From Patescibacteria group bacterium (lineage in GTDB: Bacteria > Patescibacteriota > JACPGU01), in contig JBAYUK010000001.1 in NCBI GenBank assembly GCA_041675145.1, positions 312,283 through 376,282 on the forward strand: a stretch of DNA of 64,000 nucleotides, in the 5' to 3' direction. Under the pieces are notes generated by a model. That model made no database searches, was not told the DNA's origin, and saw nothing but the letters and a program-made list of their open reading frames with translations. Positions 1 to 8,179 of the stretch are shown piece after piece. The first letter of the stretch is position 1. Each line of letters starts with the position of its first letter. The position numbers were made by a program, and so were the translations under genes.

Positions 1-867
1 CAGTCCCTCAATACCGTCTATCAGCTCGACACGACGTTCTAGGCCACTGTCCACGACCGCCAACTGGCGGCCTGGAGAGGGCAGGAGTGTGCGACCAGTC
101 TCCAAGGCATTGGTCGAAACTACTACCTTGGGTAGGCCATACGACCGGTAGGCTCGGTTCTTCTCCGAGCGTTCGAGCTGCCCGTGAAACGGGATCAGCT
201 CGGCTGGGGTGCCGGATAGCTGGGAGATTGTTTCTTCAATCTCCTTTTTGCCCGGCTGAAAAACCAGGACATCGAACCCCTCGGCAACCAACGTTTTTAT
301 GTCGGCCACGAGGTCTTGGCCAGCAGCCCGATCCACGATCGGAAATTGCCGACCCGGCACCTTGAATACCGGAGCATTGCCCCGCTTGCGCGAGAGCTCG
401 GCCGAATCCAAGGTGGCCGACAAGACAATGATTTTCCTAAAAGGAGAATCACCGACCTGGAGGTGTTTCCACGCCCAGGCTTCAAGAGTGGACTGATTCG
501 TATTCCACTCATGAAGCTCGTCGATGACGAGAACCTCGAACCGGTTATGACCGGCGAGTTCCCGCACCAAGGCAAGCCCGTCAGTACAGAAAAGGATCTG
601 CGAATCCGGGCTGTCGCAGCGACTGCTCGCCGTGCGATACCCCACCTCGCACCCCAACTGCACCCCGGCCAATTCGGCGACGTATTCTGACGTGCCGACG
701 ACCGTTTCTACCAGAGGCTCAGTGACGAGCACTCGGTAGCCGAGCTCACGGTACCACTGGGGCACCATGGTGGACTTGCCGGAGCCGGTCTCGGCTTCGA
801 CAATAATGTAGGGAGCGTCACTCCCTAAGATATCGGCCTTAAAGGCCTCGATAGGGAGCGCTTCCAT
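1..867 (-). CDS. DEAH-box (HrpA/HrpB-like) RNA helicase, N-terminal part; runs off window start
   Basis: Not in the ORF track. Manual translation gives MEALPIEAFKADIL...AETGSGKST (Walker A), LVIDELHE (motif II), VLSAT (motif III), PGRQFPI, LVFQPGKKEI, STNALETG, VVDSG. SD GGAGGA upstream. Confidence 0.9.
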   Translation of the reverse strand, partial: MEALPIEAFKADILGSDAPYIIVEAETGSGKSTMVPQWYRELGYRVLVTEPLVETVVGTSEYVAELAGVQLGCEVGYRTASSRCDSPDSQILFCTDGLALVRELAGHNRFEVLVIDELHEWNTNQSTLEAWAWKHLQVGDSPFRKIIVLSATLDSAELSRKRGNAPVFKVPGRQFPIVDRAAGQDLVADIKTLVAEGFDVLVFQPGKKEIEETISQLSGTPAELIPFHGQLERSEKNRAYRSYGLPKVVVSTNALETGRTLLPSPGRQLAVVDSGLERRVELIDGIEGL

Positions 868-1106
868 ACTTCCTCCATATCCTGCTTGTCGCTAGAGCGA
901 ATTCAAGTCTTACGGAAAATCCTTCATTCTTGACCTTCTACAAACAAGAGCAAGAAAAAAGATTTGAGGTTTTGACTAGACCTCGAACTAGCATATACAA
1001 ACGGCAGGGTATATGAGCCTATAAGTTGAGAGTGGTGATTTTTATTCGGGAATCACCAAACCTTCTGGTTATTTGTATCGCGCCAAACCTGTATAGCGCT
1101 AGGTCC

Positions 1107-1262
1107 TTACCCTCTATCCTGCGACTCCAGCTCTTCTATGAGAGCCTTCAACGTCATCAGGACAAAGACCTGGAATTGGTCATCTGGCATTGGTCCGCTC
1201 TCACGAACTGCCTTCAAACGGTCGTCCAGGTTCTCAACTAAGGTCGAGAATATCGGATTCAT
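1107..1262 (-). CDS. 51-aa hypothetical protein (MNPIFSTLVENLDDRLKAVRESGPMPDDQFQVFVLMTLKALIEELESQDRG)
   Basis: Very strong SD (AAAGGAGGTGA) just upstream of ATG; co-oriented between the DHH-like gene and the helicase; shorter than any ORF in the supplied track. Confidence 0.65.
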   Translation of the reverse strand: MNPIFSTLVENLDDRLKAVRESGPMPDDQFQVFVLMTLKALIEELESQDRG

Positions 1263-1360
1263 ATATCACCTCCTTTCTGTACCTGTCTTTGTTGAGTAGA
1301 CAGATTGAGCGGAGGGATATATAGGAGTTGTTTTAAGAAGGTCTCATAACTTCTTTTGTC

Positions 1361-2317
1361 TTACTTGATGGCCGCCCGGATGGCCGCTAGTGCGGCCTCC
1401 TCATGCTCGGGATCAACATTCGCCTTTTGGGCGAACCCCGATGCCGAAGGCACGGCGGCCTTGACGACTGCCAAGAGGTCAAGCCCCTTGTCGGCCGTCC
1501 CGAAGGAAATCTGCCGCGTCTTGCGGCCAAGGCTTTTGTTAAAAGCCTCTCCTTCGAGCGCCACCACTCTGGCGCCTGAGCGATAGAGGGTCGACATGAG
1601 AGTGGTCATGTCAACCTGATGACCGATGGCGTTCACTCTCGTGATGCCGTCGCCAAGGTCTGACTTGGCGTCGAGGATTTCCTGGTGGTTAGCCAGGATC
1701 ACCTCGTATTCCTTGATCCATCCTTGGATCGTGGAGTCCGCCTCCTGGTTTTCTGCCAGGTGACGGGCCAGGTAAACCCGGCGGGTGTCATCCGCAATGG
1801 CGGACTTCACCGACTGGTTGACGAGAGCACCCAAGCCCTCGAAAACCATCCGGTCAGCGGCGTCTGCCGCTGACAATAGTTCGGAAGTGTGGCTGTCCAC
1901 TTCCATTCCAGCCGCCTCGAGGGCGCGCCGAAGAACTTCACCGGACGAGCCAGGGCCGCCTTCGGCGGTCTGGCTCTGGGGCTCAACAATGAGCCCTTCG
2001 AGGGTGCCGAGCACCCTCTCCCAGTCTTCGCGGTTGTGCTCATCGCACACCGCGACTACCTCGTGACCGGCCTCTTTGAGGCGGGCCACGAAGGCCACCG
2101 TCATGGACTCGTCGCGGTTATTCACTGCGAGGTCGACCAGAGCGACTTTTTGCCCTGGCGCCCAAGCAGCCGGATTAATCCGGTCAACCGTGAAGGCTTG
2201 GGCAAATTCCAGCCCAACCTCATTGGCGTTCCCGATCAGGCGCAGCAGAGCTGCGGAAGTCAGAACGCCGTCTACTGAGCCGGTGGCTACGATCTTGGTG
2301 ATTGCTTTGAAATTCAT
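1361..2317 (-). CDS. Divergent DHH-family phosphoesterase-like protein
   Basis: Motifs TGSVDG, VALVDL, VCDEH, SSGEVL and AADAAD match DHH motif spacing. Start reassigned to ATG 2317 behind SD AGGAG. Confidence 0.6.
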   Translation of the reverse strand: MNFKAITKIVATGSVDGVLTSAALLRLIGNANEVGLEFAQAFTVDRINPAAWAPGQKVALVDLAVNNRDESMTVAFVARLKEAGHEVVAVCDEHNREDWERVLGTLEGLIVEPQSQTAEGGPGSSGEVLRRALEAAGMEVDSHTSELLSAADAADRMVFEGLGALVNQSVKSAIADDTRRVYLARHLAENQEADSTIQGWIKEYEVILANHQEILDAKSDLGDGITRVNAIGHQVDMTTLMSTLYRSGARVVALEGEAFNKSLGRKTRQISFGTADKGLDLLAVVKAAVPSASGFAQKANVDPEHEEAALAAIRAAIK

Positions 2318-2485
2318 TGTTTTCTCCTGAGCTGTCGGTTTAACTCCCCTTGCGGGTGAGTACCGTTTGACCGCTCTGCAGTGGCGGTCAAATACACTCA
2401 GAAGAATCAAGTATCCGTGTCGCCTCTCATTTTCGAAGCGACACGGACTATTAGCTATTAATCGATGAATGAATAGTATCTTGAT
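2318..2485 (-). promoter_or_regulatory. Structured 5' leader RNA occluding the SD of the DHH-like gene
   Basis: 13-bp stem (2414-2426/2435-2447), 10-bp stem (2397-2406/2322-2331) covering AGGAG, 9-bp stem (2366-2374/2384-2392), CCC-GCAA-GGG tetraloop hairpin. Confidence 0.6.
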
Positions 2486-2503
2486 GTTTATTTGATGAAA
2501 CAC

Positions 2504-2527
2504 AAAAACCTCCCGAAAGAGGAGATT
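2504..2527 (-). terminator. Intrinsic terminator/attenuator
   Basis: AATCTCCTCTTTCGGGAGGTT hairpin followed by a T-run on the minus strand. Confidence 0.55.
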
Positions 2528-2970
2528 GCATTCTTATAGATACTAATATCTATCTTATATTCTTTCACCATCCTCGAGCGCCCCGGTTCCTGTACCCGGA
2601 CATTGGATTGTGAAAAACTACGGTCATTTGGTTGTTAAGGATTCGCGTTTGTGTGAAACTGGACTTCTTTTGTGAAGACACCACTGGTAGTGAGTATGAG
2701 TAGTTGCAAGCTATCTCCTGATTATAGTTCACAACCAGTTGGCTTCTTCGCAATCCCCTGTGATGGGGAGAAGATATGGGAGCGGTTTATGTCATCTCTT
2801 TTGGTCCGTTACCTCCAAAAGGTTTGTAATGACGACGCGGGGAACGCCCTTTCGTAACTATCGGTATGGCGAGGGAATGGTCATTTGATTAGTCTCCTGA
2901 ACCTTTCAAAGTGACCTGTTTTTGATGTGCGTCTTTGTCTGTCGTATCTGTGTCTCATCCTTATGACACC

Positions 2971-2999
2971 ATTATAGCATAAATAACTAAACTTGTCAA
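2971..2999 (-). promoter_or_regulatory. Consensus sigma70 promoter
   Basis: TTGACA-N17-TATAAT with TG extension on the minus strand. Confidence 0.8.
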
Positions 3000-3123
3000 G
3001 CATAATTATCTATAATAAGCCAATATATGCCACTTTACAGGTTAAAAGTCCTTTGAGAAACACCTCTATTTATTGATAATTGGGCTTGTCAAACTACCAA
3101 AAAAGAGCATAATTTAAGAAAAT

Positions 3124-3891
3124 ATGTATCAAAAACAGCTAGAACAATTAGGGCTTTCAGACAAAGAAGCAGTGGTCTATGAGGCACTAGCCAATCAAGG
3201 TATGTGCCAACCACCAGAACTCGTGAAACCAACGAAGCTGGGCCGCACTACGGTCTACGCAGTTTTGGAAGCACTGGTCAAAAAGGATCTGGTTGAGAAG
3301 AAGCAGGTTGCGGGTAAGGCTCATTTTGTAGTCACCCACCCGAGCAATCTCGAGGGTCTGATTGCGATCCAGGAAAAAGCCTTGGTTAATAAAAAAGAGA
3401 CCCTCCAGAGTCTCCTACCAAACCTCGTCTCCGCCTATATCCTCGTCTCAAACAAGCCCCATGTCAGATACTTTGAAGGGTCAGAGGGAGTTCAGGCAGT
3501 ACTGACCGACTCACTCACCGCCCAAAGCGAGATACTCGAATACGCTGATCCTGAGGCTGTGATGACCTATATCAAAAAGGAAAATGCCGCGTATGTGAAA
3601 CAACGCGACAAGCGTAAGATTAAAAAGAAAATCATCGTCATCGACAGCCCCTTTGCGAGAAACTTATTCAAAGACTACTACCAAAAAGTCACCGATACGA
3701 AATACATCGATCACGAAAAATTCCCTTTCTACGCGGTCATGATGATCTATGATAACAAGATTTCCTACCTCACCCTAACTAATAAAGCGCGGCTCGGGAT
3801 CATTATCGAGGACGAGCAAATCTATAAAATGCACCGTTCCCTATTCGAATTTACTTGGGAGAAGGCACAGACCTTCGGAACAAAAAAATAA
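3124..3891 (+). CDS. TrmB-family transcriptional regulator
   Basis: N-terminal LGLSDKEAVVY...RTTVYAVLEALVKKDLV winged HTH; VRYFEGSEG; C-terminal IYDNKI/GIIIED. Confidence 0.85.
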   Translation: MYQKQLEQLGLSDKEAVVYEALANQGMCQPPELVKPTKLGRTTVYAVLEALVKKDLVEKKQVAGKAHFVVTHPSNLEGLIAIQEKALVNKKETLQSLLPNLVSAYILVSNKPHVRYFEGSEGVQAVLTDSLTAQSEILEYADPEAVMTYIKKENAAYVKQRDKRKIKKKIIVIDSPFARNLFKDYYQKVTDTKYIDHEKFPFYAVMMIYDNKISYLTLTNKARLGIIIEDEQIYKMHRSLFEFTWEKAQTFGTKK

Positions 3892-3903
3892 AGCCGTTTG
3901 GCT

Positions 3904-4875
3904 TTATTTTTTATCCATCATCTTGTGAGCCGCTTCGATAATGTCGTCGGTGTCGATGTGGTATTTTTTGATTAATTTTTCAGGATCGCCGGATTCGCCA
4001 AATTTATCCCGGACTGCGACCAACGAAATTGGGACGGGGCAATGTTGCGCGGTGTATTCGGCAATTGCCGAGCCCAATCCTCCTGCCATTTGGTGGTCTT
4101 CGGTTACAATAAAGCGTTTACATTTCTTGGCATATACTTCGATTATCTTGCCGTCCAATGGCTTGATAGTATGCATGTTGATCACCGCGGCTCGTATGCC
4201 GTGTTTCTTTAGTTCCTTTGCGGCCAATAAGGCTCGGTAGACTGCTTCACCGTGAGCAAAGATAGCGATATCTCGTCCTTCTTGTAAGACCTGAGCACGA
4301 CCCACCTGAAACGGCGTCTTCTCGGTAGTAATAGAGGGGACATCACTTCGTCCAAAACGGATATATACTGGACCCAGTATCTTCGCTGCTGCACGTACGC
4401 ATTTTCTCGCTTGCCAGTAGTCAGCAGGTGCTAGTACCGTCACGCCGGGTAAGGTACGCATGATAGCAATATCTTCTAGTGCTTGGTGCGTTGCCCCGTC
4501 GCCACCGGTAGTAATACCCGCGTGACTGGCGACAATTTTCACATTGGCACGGTTGTATGCCACTGATACCCGGATCTGCGAGAGCGCTTGGTTGGGCGTA
4601 AAGACCGCAAAAGACGAGGTGAATGGAGTAAATCCTTCCAGCGCCAAACCGGCTGCAGCAGAAATCATGGTGGCTTCGGCAACACCCATCTCAAAGAAAC
4701 GAGTAGGGTACTTACGACGAAACTCGCTCACCTTGAGCGACTCAGCCAGATCCGCATCGAGCACGACAATCTTTTTATTTTTCTTGGCCAACTCCAACAG
4801 CTCGTCCCCGTACCCGGCGCGACATGACTTCTTCTCAGGACCAGTAAATAGTGTGGTGTCTAGGTAAAGATTCAT
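3904..4875 (-). CDS. Transketolase, C-terminal subunit
   Basis: DADLAES, EMGVAEA, GDGATHQ, GPVYIR, TIKPLD, FGESG. Confidence 0.93.
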   Translation of the reverse strand: MNLYLDTTLFTGPEKKSCRAGYGDELLELAKKNKKIVVLDADLAESLKVSEFRRKYPTRFFEMGVAEATMISAAAGLALEGFTPFTSSFAVFTPNQALSQIRVSVAYNRANVKIVASHAGITTGGDGATHQALEDIAIMRTLPGVTVLAPADYWQARKCVRAAAKILGPVYIRFGRSDVPSITTEKTPFQVGRAQVLQEGRDIAIFAHGEAVYRALLAAKELKKHGIRAAVINMHTIKPLDGKIIEVYAKKCKRFIVTEDHQMAGGLGSAIAEYTAQHCPVPISLVAVRDKFGESGDPEKLIKKYHIDTDDIIEAAHKMMDKK

Positions 4876-4876
4876 A

Positions 4877-5695
4877 TTATTTCAAAAAAGAAAGTGCTCG
4901 TGTATATTCGTCGTTATTGGGTGCCTTTCCGTGATAATGATAATTATTCTCAATAAATGGTACTCCCTTCCCCATAACGGTAGTGCACAGTACGAGTGTA
5001 GGCTTAGAAGACCGGGTTTGCGCCTTCTCAAAAACGGTAAGTAGACGAGAGACAGAGTTACCGTCTACCATCAGTACCCGCCAACCAAGCGTTTCGTAGC
5101 GAGTTGCAATATCCCCGAGGTTACTTACTTCTTCAGTGGTGCCACTAATCTGCATGTGGTTACGGTCTAATATAAAGACGAGGCTGGAGAGCGCATGTTT
5201 CCCCGCTGCAGCAACCGCCTCCCAGGTAGAACCCTCTTCGTGCTCGCCGTCTGAGGTCATACAAAATACCCGTGACTTTGATTTGGTTAGGCGGAGAGCC
5301 AGTGCCTTACCGACCGCCACTCCCACACCTTGTCCCAGAGGTCCGGTTGAGGTTTCAATTGCGTCCCAAAAACTATGACTGGGGTGACCCTGAAGCGGTG
5401 AGCCAAGCTTCCTCAGAGTTACTTTTTTATCTCCCAAGTACCCAGCCTTTATCAGGCATGCGTAGTAGATAGGGCAAATATGTCCACAGGATAATATAAA
5501 TCGATCCATCTGAGCACGCTTGGCGTGTAATCGAGAGTGACGCAGGACCCCACCGAAGAAAAGAACAGAAAAAATATCTGCCGTTCCCAGAGACGACCCC
5601 CAGTGACCAGAGCCTGAGGCATAGAGCATCTCCGTTACCATCAGGCGCAGGTCTTTGGCGGTTTGTTCAAGTTGCTGTGTATGTGTGTGTTGCAT
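4877..5695 (-). CDS. Transketolase, N-terminal subunit
   Basis: SGHWG, DRFILSCGH, LQGHP, TGPLGQG, SDGEHEEG (TPP motif). Confidence 0.93.
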   Translation of the reverse strand: MQHTHTQQLEQTAKDLRLMVTEMLYASGSGHWGSSLGTADIFSVLFFGGVLRHSRLHAKRAQMDRFILSCGHICPIYYACLIKAGYLGDKKVTLRKLGSPLQGHPSHSFWDAIETSTGPLGQGVGVAVGKALALRLTKSKSRVFCMTSDGEHEEGSTWEAVAAAGKHALSSLVFILDRNHMQISGTTEEVSNLGDIATRYETLGWRVLMVDGNSVSRLLTVFEKAQTRSSKPTLVLCTTVMGKGVPFIENNYHYHGKAPNNDEYTRALSFLK

Positions 5696-6316
5696 CTATA
5701 CGCGAGATAAGTCTTCAAATGATTTTTTTGGGTCAGCGGCTTTCAGTATCGCACCACCTATAACTGCAGCGTCAGCCCCAGCATCCTTCACGGCGTGGAT
5801 GGTATTATGCGTAACGCCTCCGTCCACTTCAATAACAAGGTTCGGGAATTCACGTTTTAGTACACGTACTTTATCCAGCGCCTCAGGGATTAATTCTTGT
5901 CCACCAAATCCCGGGATAACTGTCATGACTAGTACGCCGTCAATCTGAGTGATATACGGGTGCAGTTTTTCAACACCTGTTCCAGGGTTAATACCGAGAT
6001 AGACCGCAATGCCCCTATGTTTGTAACGCTCAATAGCTACTGCAACATTATCTGACTCAATGTGAACTACAACCCGAGTAATTTCTAACCGCACAATTTC
6101 CGGCATTACCGCAACAGGGTCCACTACCATCAGGTGCGCTTCGTAGATACCACTTTTTGGTAAACTCACAATATCCGCCAGCTGAATGGTGGTGTTTTCT
6201 ACGAACTGTCCATCCATAATGTCTATTTGAACTTCGTCGGTCAGAGAAAGGGCGAGTTGTAGCTTGCTCTCAAACTCTGCACTGGAAAACGCTAAAATAG
6301 CAGGAATACTATGCAT
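5696..6316 (-). CDS. rpe: Ribulose-phosphate 3-epimerase
   Basis: DIMDGQFV, EAHLMV, MTVIPGFGGQ, IEVDGG. Confidence 0.93.
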   Translation of the reverse strand: MHSIPAILAFSSAEFESKLQLALSLTDEVQIDIMDGQFVENTTIQLADIVSLPKSGIYEAHLMVVDPVAVMPEIVRLEITRVVVHIESDNVAVAIERYKHRGIAVYLGINPGTGVEKLHPYITQIDGVLVMTVIPGFGGQELIPEALDKVRVLKREFPNLVIEVDGGVTHNTIHAVKDAGADAAVIGGAILKAADPKKSFEDLSRV

Positions 6317-6427
6317 AGAGTCATCATAAAACATCGCTGTTAAAAGGGGAAGGTTCTTTTATATGCTCGTTTCTGCTATACTATTTTCCACACCAACACA
6401 CATCCCATCTCACAAAAAGGAGCGGTC

Positions 6428-6973
6428 ATGGAAGATCTACCCGCATATTGGAAGAAGTCTGATGTTACGGCAATTGCCAAAGCTCGTGACTACACCGATC
6501 TTTTCCTGATTGCGCAGCGCGTCCAAAAGCGCATGCCAAATCTCCCCCTTACACAGGTCTGTGGACCTATTAGTACTGGGGGACAGGGAAGTATCGAAAA
6601 AAACATGGCTCAGCTTGACTGGGCAATTCTGCGACTGAAAGAAATCGAAGAAAAAGAAAACATTCCTTCTTGTGTCTTTGATCAGCGACATTTCGAGAAG
6701 CCAATTAGCACAATCCTCAAAAAACGACGCGAAACTGGACAGGTAACTGGGTATGACTGGGACATTCTGCGCCGCTTTTACGAACCACTGTTTGAAATGG
6801 GCCGAGTTCAGACCCTGGTATTTTTACCCAAATGGCGCTCATCTAAAGGAGCCAACTGGGAACATGAATACGGGGTTCGTAAGGGATGGAAACTGCTCTA
6901 TCTGCCCAACAACTGGCCAATCTCTATCAAATCGATGCGAGCGCTTGAGGGATGTACCCAATCCCGCCTGTAG
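6428..6973 (+). CDS. Hypothetical protein, DUF4406/nucleoside 2-deoxyribosyltransferase-like fold
   Basis: VCGPISTG and FLPKWRSSKGANWEHE resemble the DUF4406 pattern; SD AAGGAG. Confidence 0.55.
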   Translation: MEDLPAYWKKSDVTAIAKARDYTDLFLIAQRVQKRMPNLPLTQVCGPISTGGQGSIEKNMAQLDWAILRLKEIEEKENIPSCVFDQRHFEKPISTILKKRRETGQVTGYDWDILRRFYEPLFEMGRVQTLVFLPKWRSSKGANWEHEYGVRKGWKLLYLPNNWPISIKSMRALEGCTQSRL

Positions 6974-6992
6974 CACGCATTTTCTAGGAATC

Positions 6993-7020
6993 AAAAAGGG
7001 CGCCACCGGCGCCCTTTTTT
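6993..7020. terminator. Bidirectional intrinsic terminator
   Basis: AAAAAGGGCGCC-ACC-GGCGCCCTTTTTT between convergent genes. Confidence 0.8.
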
Positions 7021-7021
7021 C

Positions 7022-7450
7022 TCACCTTTTTTCTAGTTTTTTAATACGTCGTTTATGGCGCGTCTCACCTGAGAACGGGATATCCAGGAACGCTTTCACA
7101 TACTTCTTAGCCGTATGTTCGTTAATAAAGCGAGATCCAAGACAGAGCACATTAGCATCGTTTTCGCTTCTCCCCATTACTACTTCATGCTCCATAGCTC
7201 CCACAACGGCGCGTACATTACTGTACCGATTCGCCATCATACACATACCAGACCCTGTACCACAAAAGAGAAACCCTTTATCCTTTTTCCCGATCTTTTT
7301 AGCTAGTTTACGCGCAAAATCAGGATAGTCGTCAGTTGGTACCTCAGAGTCTGCCCCTAAATCTACATATTCAAGGTGCAAAAAGTCTAGGAACTGAGAA
7401 ATCACTTCCTTGAGCTTGAACCCAGCATGGTCGGCAGCTAAATAAATCAT
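7022..7450 (-). CDS. rpiB: Ribose-5-phosphate isomerase B
   Basis: AADHAG, DDYPD, CGTGSGM, NDANVLCLG, RHKRRI. Confidence 0.93.
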   Translation of the reverse strand: MIYLAADHAGFKLKEVISQFLDFLHLEYVDLGADSEVPTDDYPDFARKLAKKIGKKDKGFLFCGTGSGMCMMANRYSNVRAVVGAMEHEVVMGRSENDANVLCLGSRFINEHTAKKYVKAFLDIPFSGETRHKRRIKKLEKR

Positions 7451-7505
7451 AATAAGATTCTACCACTTTAGTCTAAAAAACACAACCTTTTTATCTAAAA
7501 ATAGC

Positions 7506-8078
7506 CTATTTTTGAGGTATTTCAGGGAAGTACAGGGAGCGGTATACCCCCTCTGATCTGGTCACTCGAGCCACGAATTGCTCTGTTTCCTTGAATTTTA
7601 CCGCATAATCCCCTTCGGCCAGCCACTGATCTACCGTTCCTGGCCCCGCGTTATATGCAGCCAAAACCTTATCTTGCTCCTGGTACTTGGCAGATAAGAG
7701 GCTTAAATAGTAGCACCCGTACGCGATATTTGTCCCTGTTTGCCTCAAAACTTGAGGATCAAAGCTACTGTGCCCCATCTTACCAGCCAGATACTTCCCT
7801 GTTTCAGGCACAATCTGCATCAGCCCCAGGGCATTTGCCCCTGAGTGAGCTGCCGGATTAAAGCGACTTTCCTCGTAAATGACTGCCGAAACAAATGAAG
7901 GATCGAGGTTATATTCCTCATAACAGCGGAAAATATCTCCGGCATTGGTCAGCGGGTACCTCATATGCAAATACCGATCATACACGCCGTGCACTCCGGC
8001 AATGCCGGTTATCCCCAGAACTAGAAGCACTACTATCCCTACCACCAGATCAAAGTAAAAACTGCCCTGCCTTTTCAT
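7506..8078 (-). CDS. Lytic transglycosylase (SLT domain) with N-terminal anchor
   Basis: VIYEESRF, GALGLMQ-like GANALGLMQ, AAYNAG. Confidence 0.88.
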   Translation of the reverse strand: MKRQGSFYFDLVVGIVVLLVLGITGIAGVHGVYDRYLHMRYPLTNAGDIFRCYEEYNLDPSFVSAVIYEESRFNPAAHSGANALGLMQIVPETGKYLAGKMGHSSFDPQVLRQTGTNIAYGCYYLSLLSAKYQEQDKVLAAYNAGPGTVDQWLAEGDYAVKFKETEQFVARVTRSEGVYRSLYFPEIPQK

Positions 8079-8179
8079 GCCTCAATCATATCATCTGTCG
8101 ACCAGCCTGCAATATATCTTTTTTCTCGATATGATATAATAGATTCAATAGATATGGAGAGGCTTAAACGAGTACTACC

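Noticed and set aside
87-690. Several plus- and minus-strand ORFs in the track
   Set aside because: Shadows of the minus-strand DEAH helicase (1-867), which the track omits because it lacks a stop in the window.
2318-2503. N-terminal extension of the 380-aa ORF to 2503
   Set aside because: Better ATG with SD at 2317; the extension coincides with the structured leader.
2504-2963. CsrB-like sRNA (multiple GGA motifs), tmRNA or RNase P
   Set aside because: About 8 GGA in 460 nt is near chance; no tRNA-like ends or RNase P P4 consensus.
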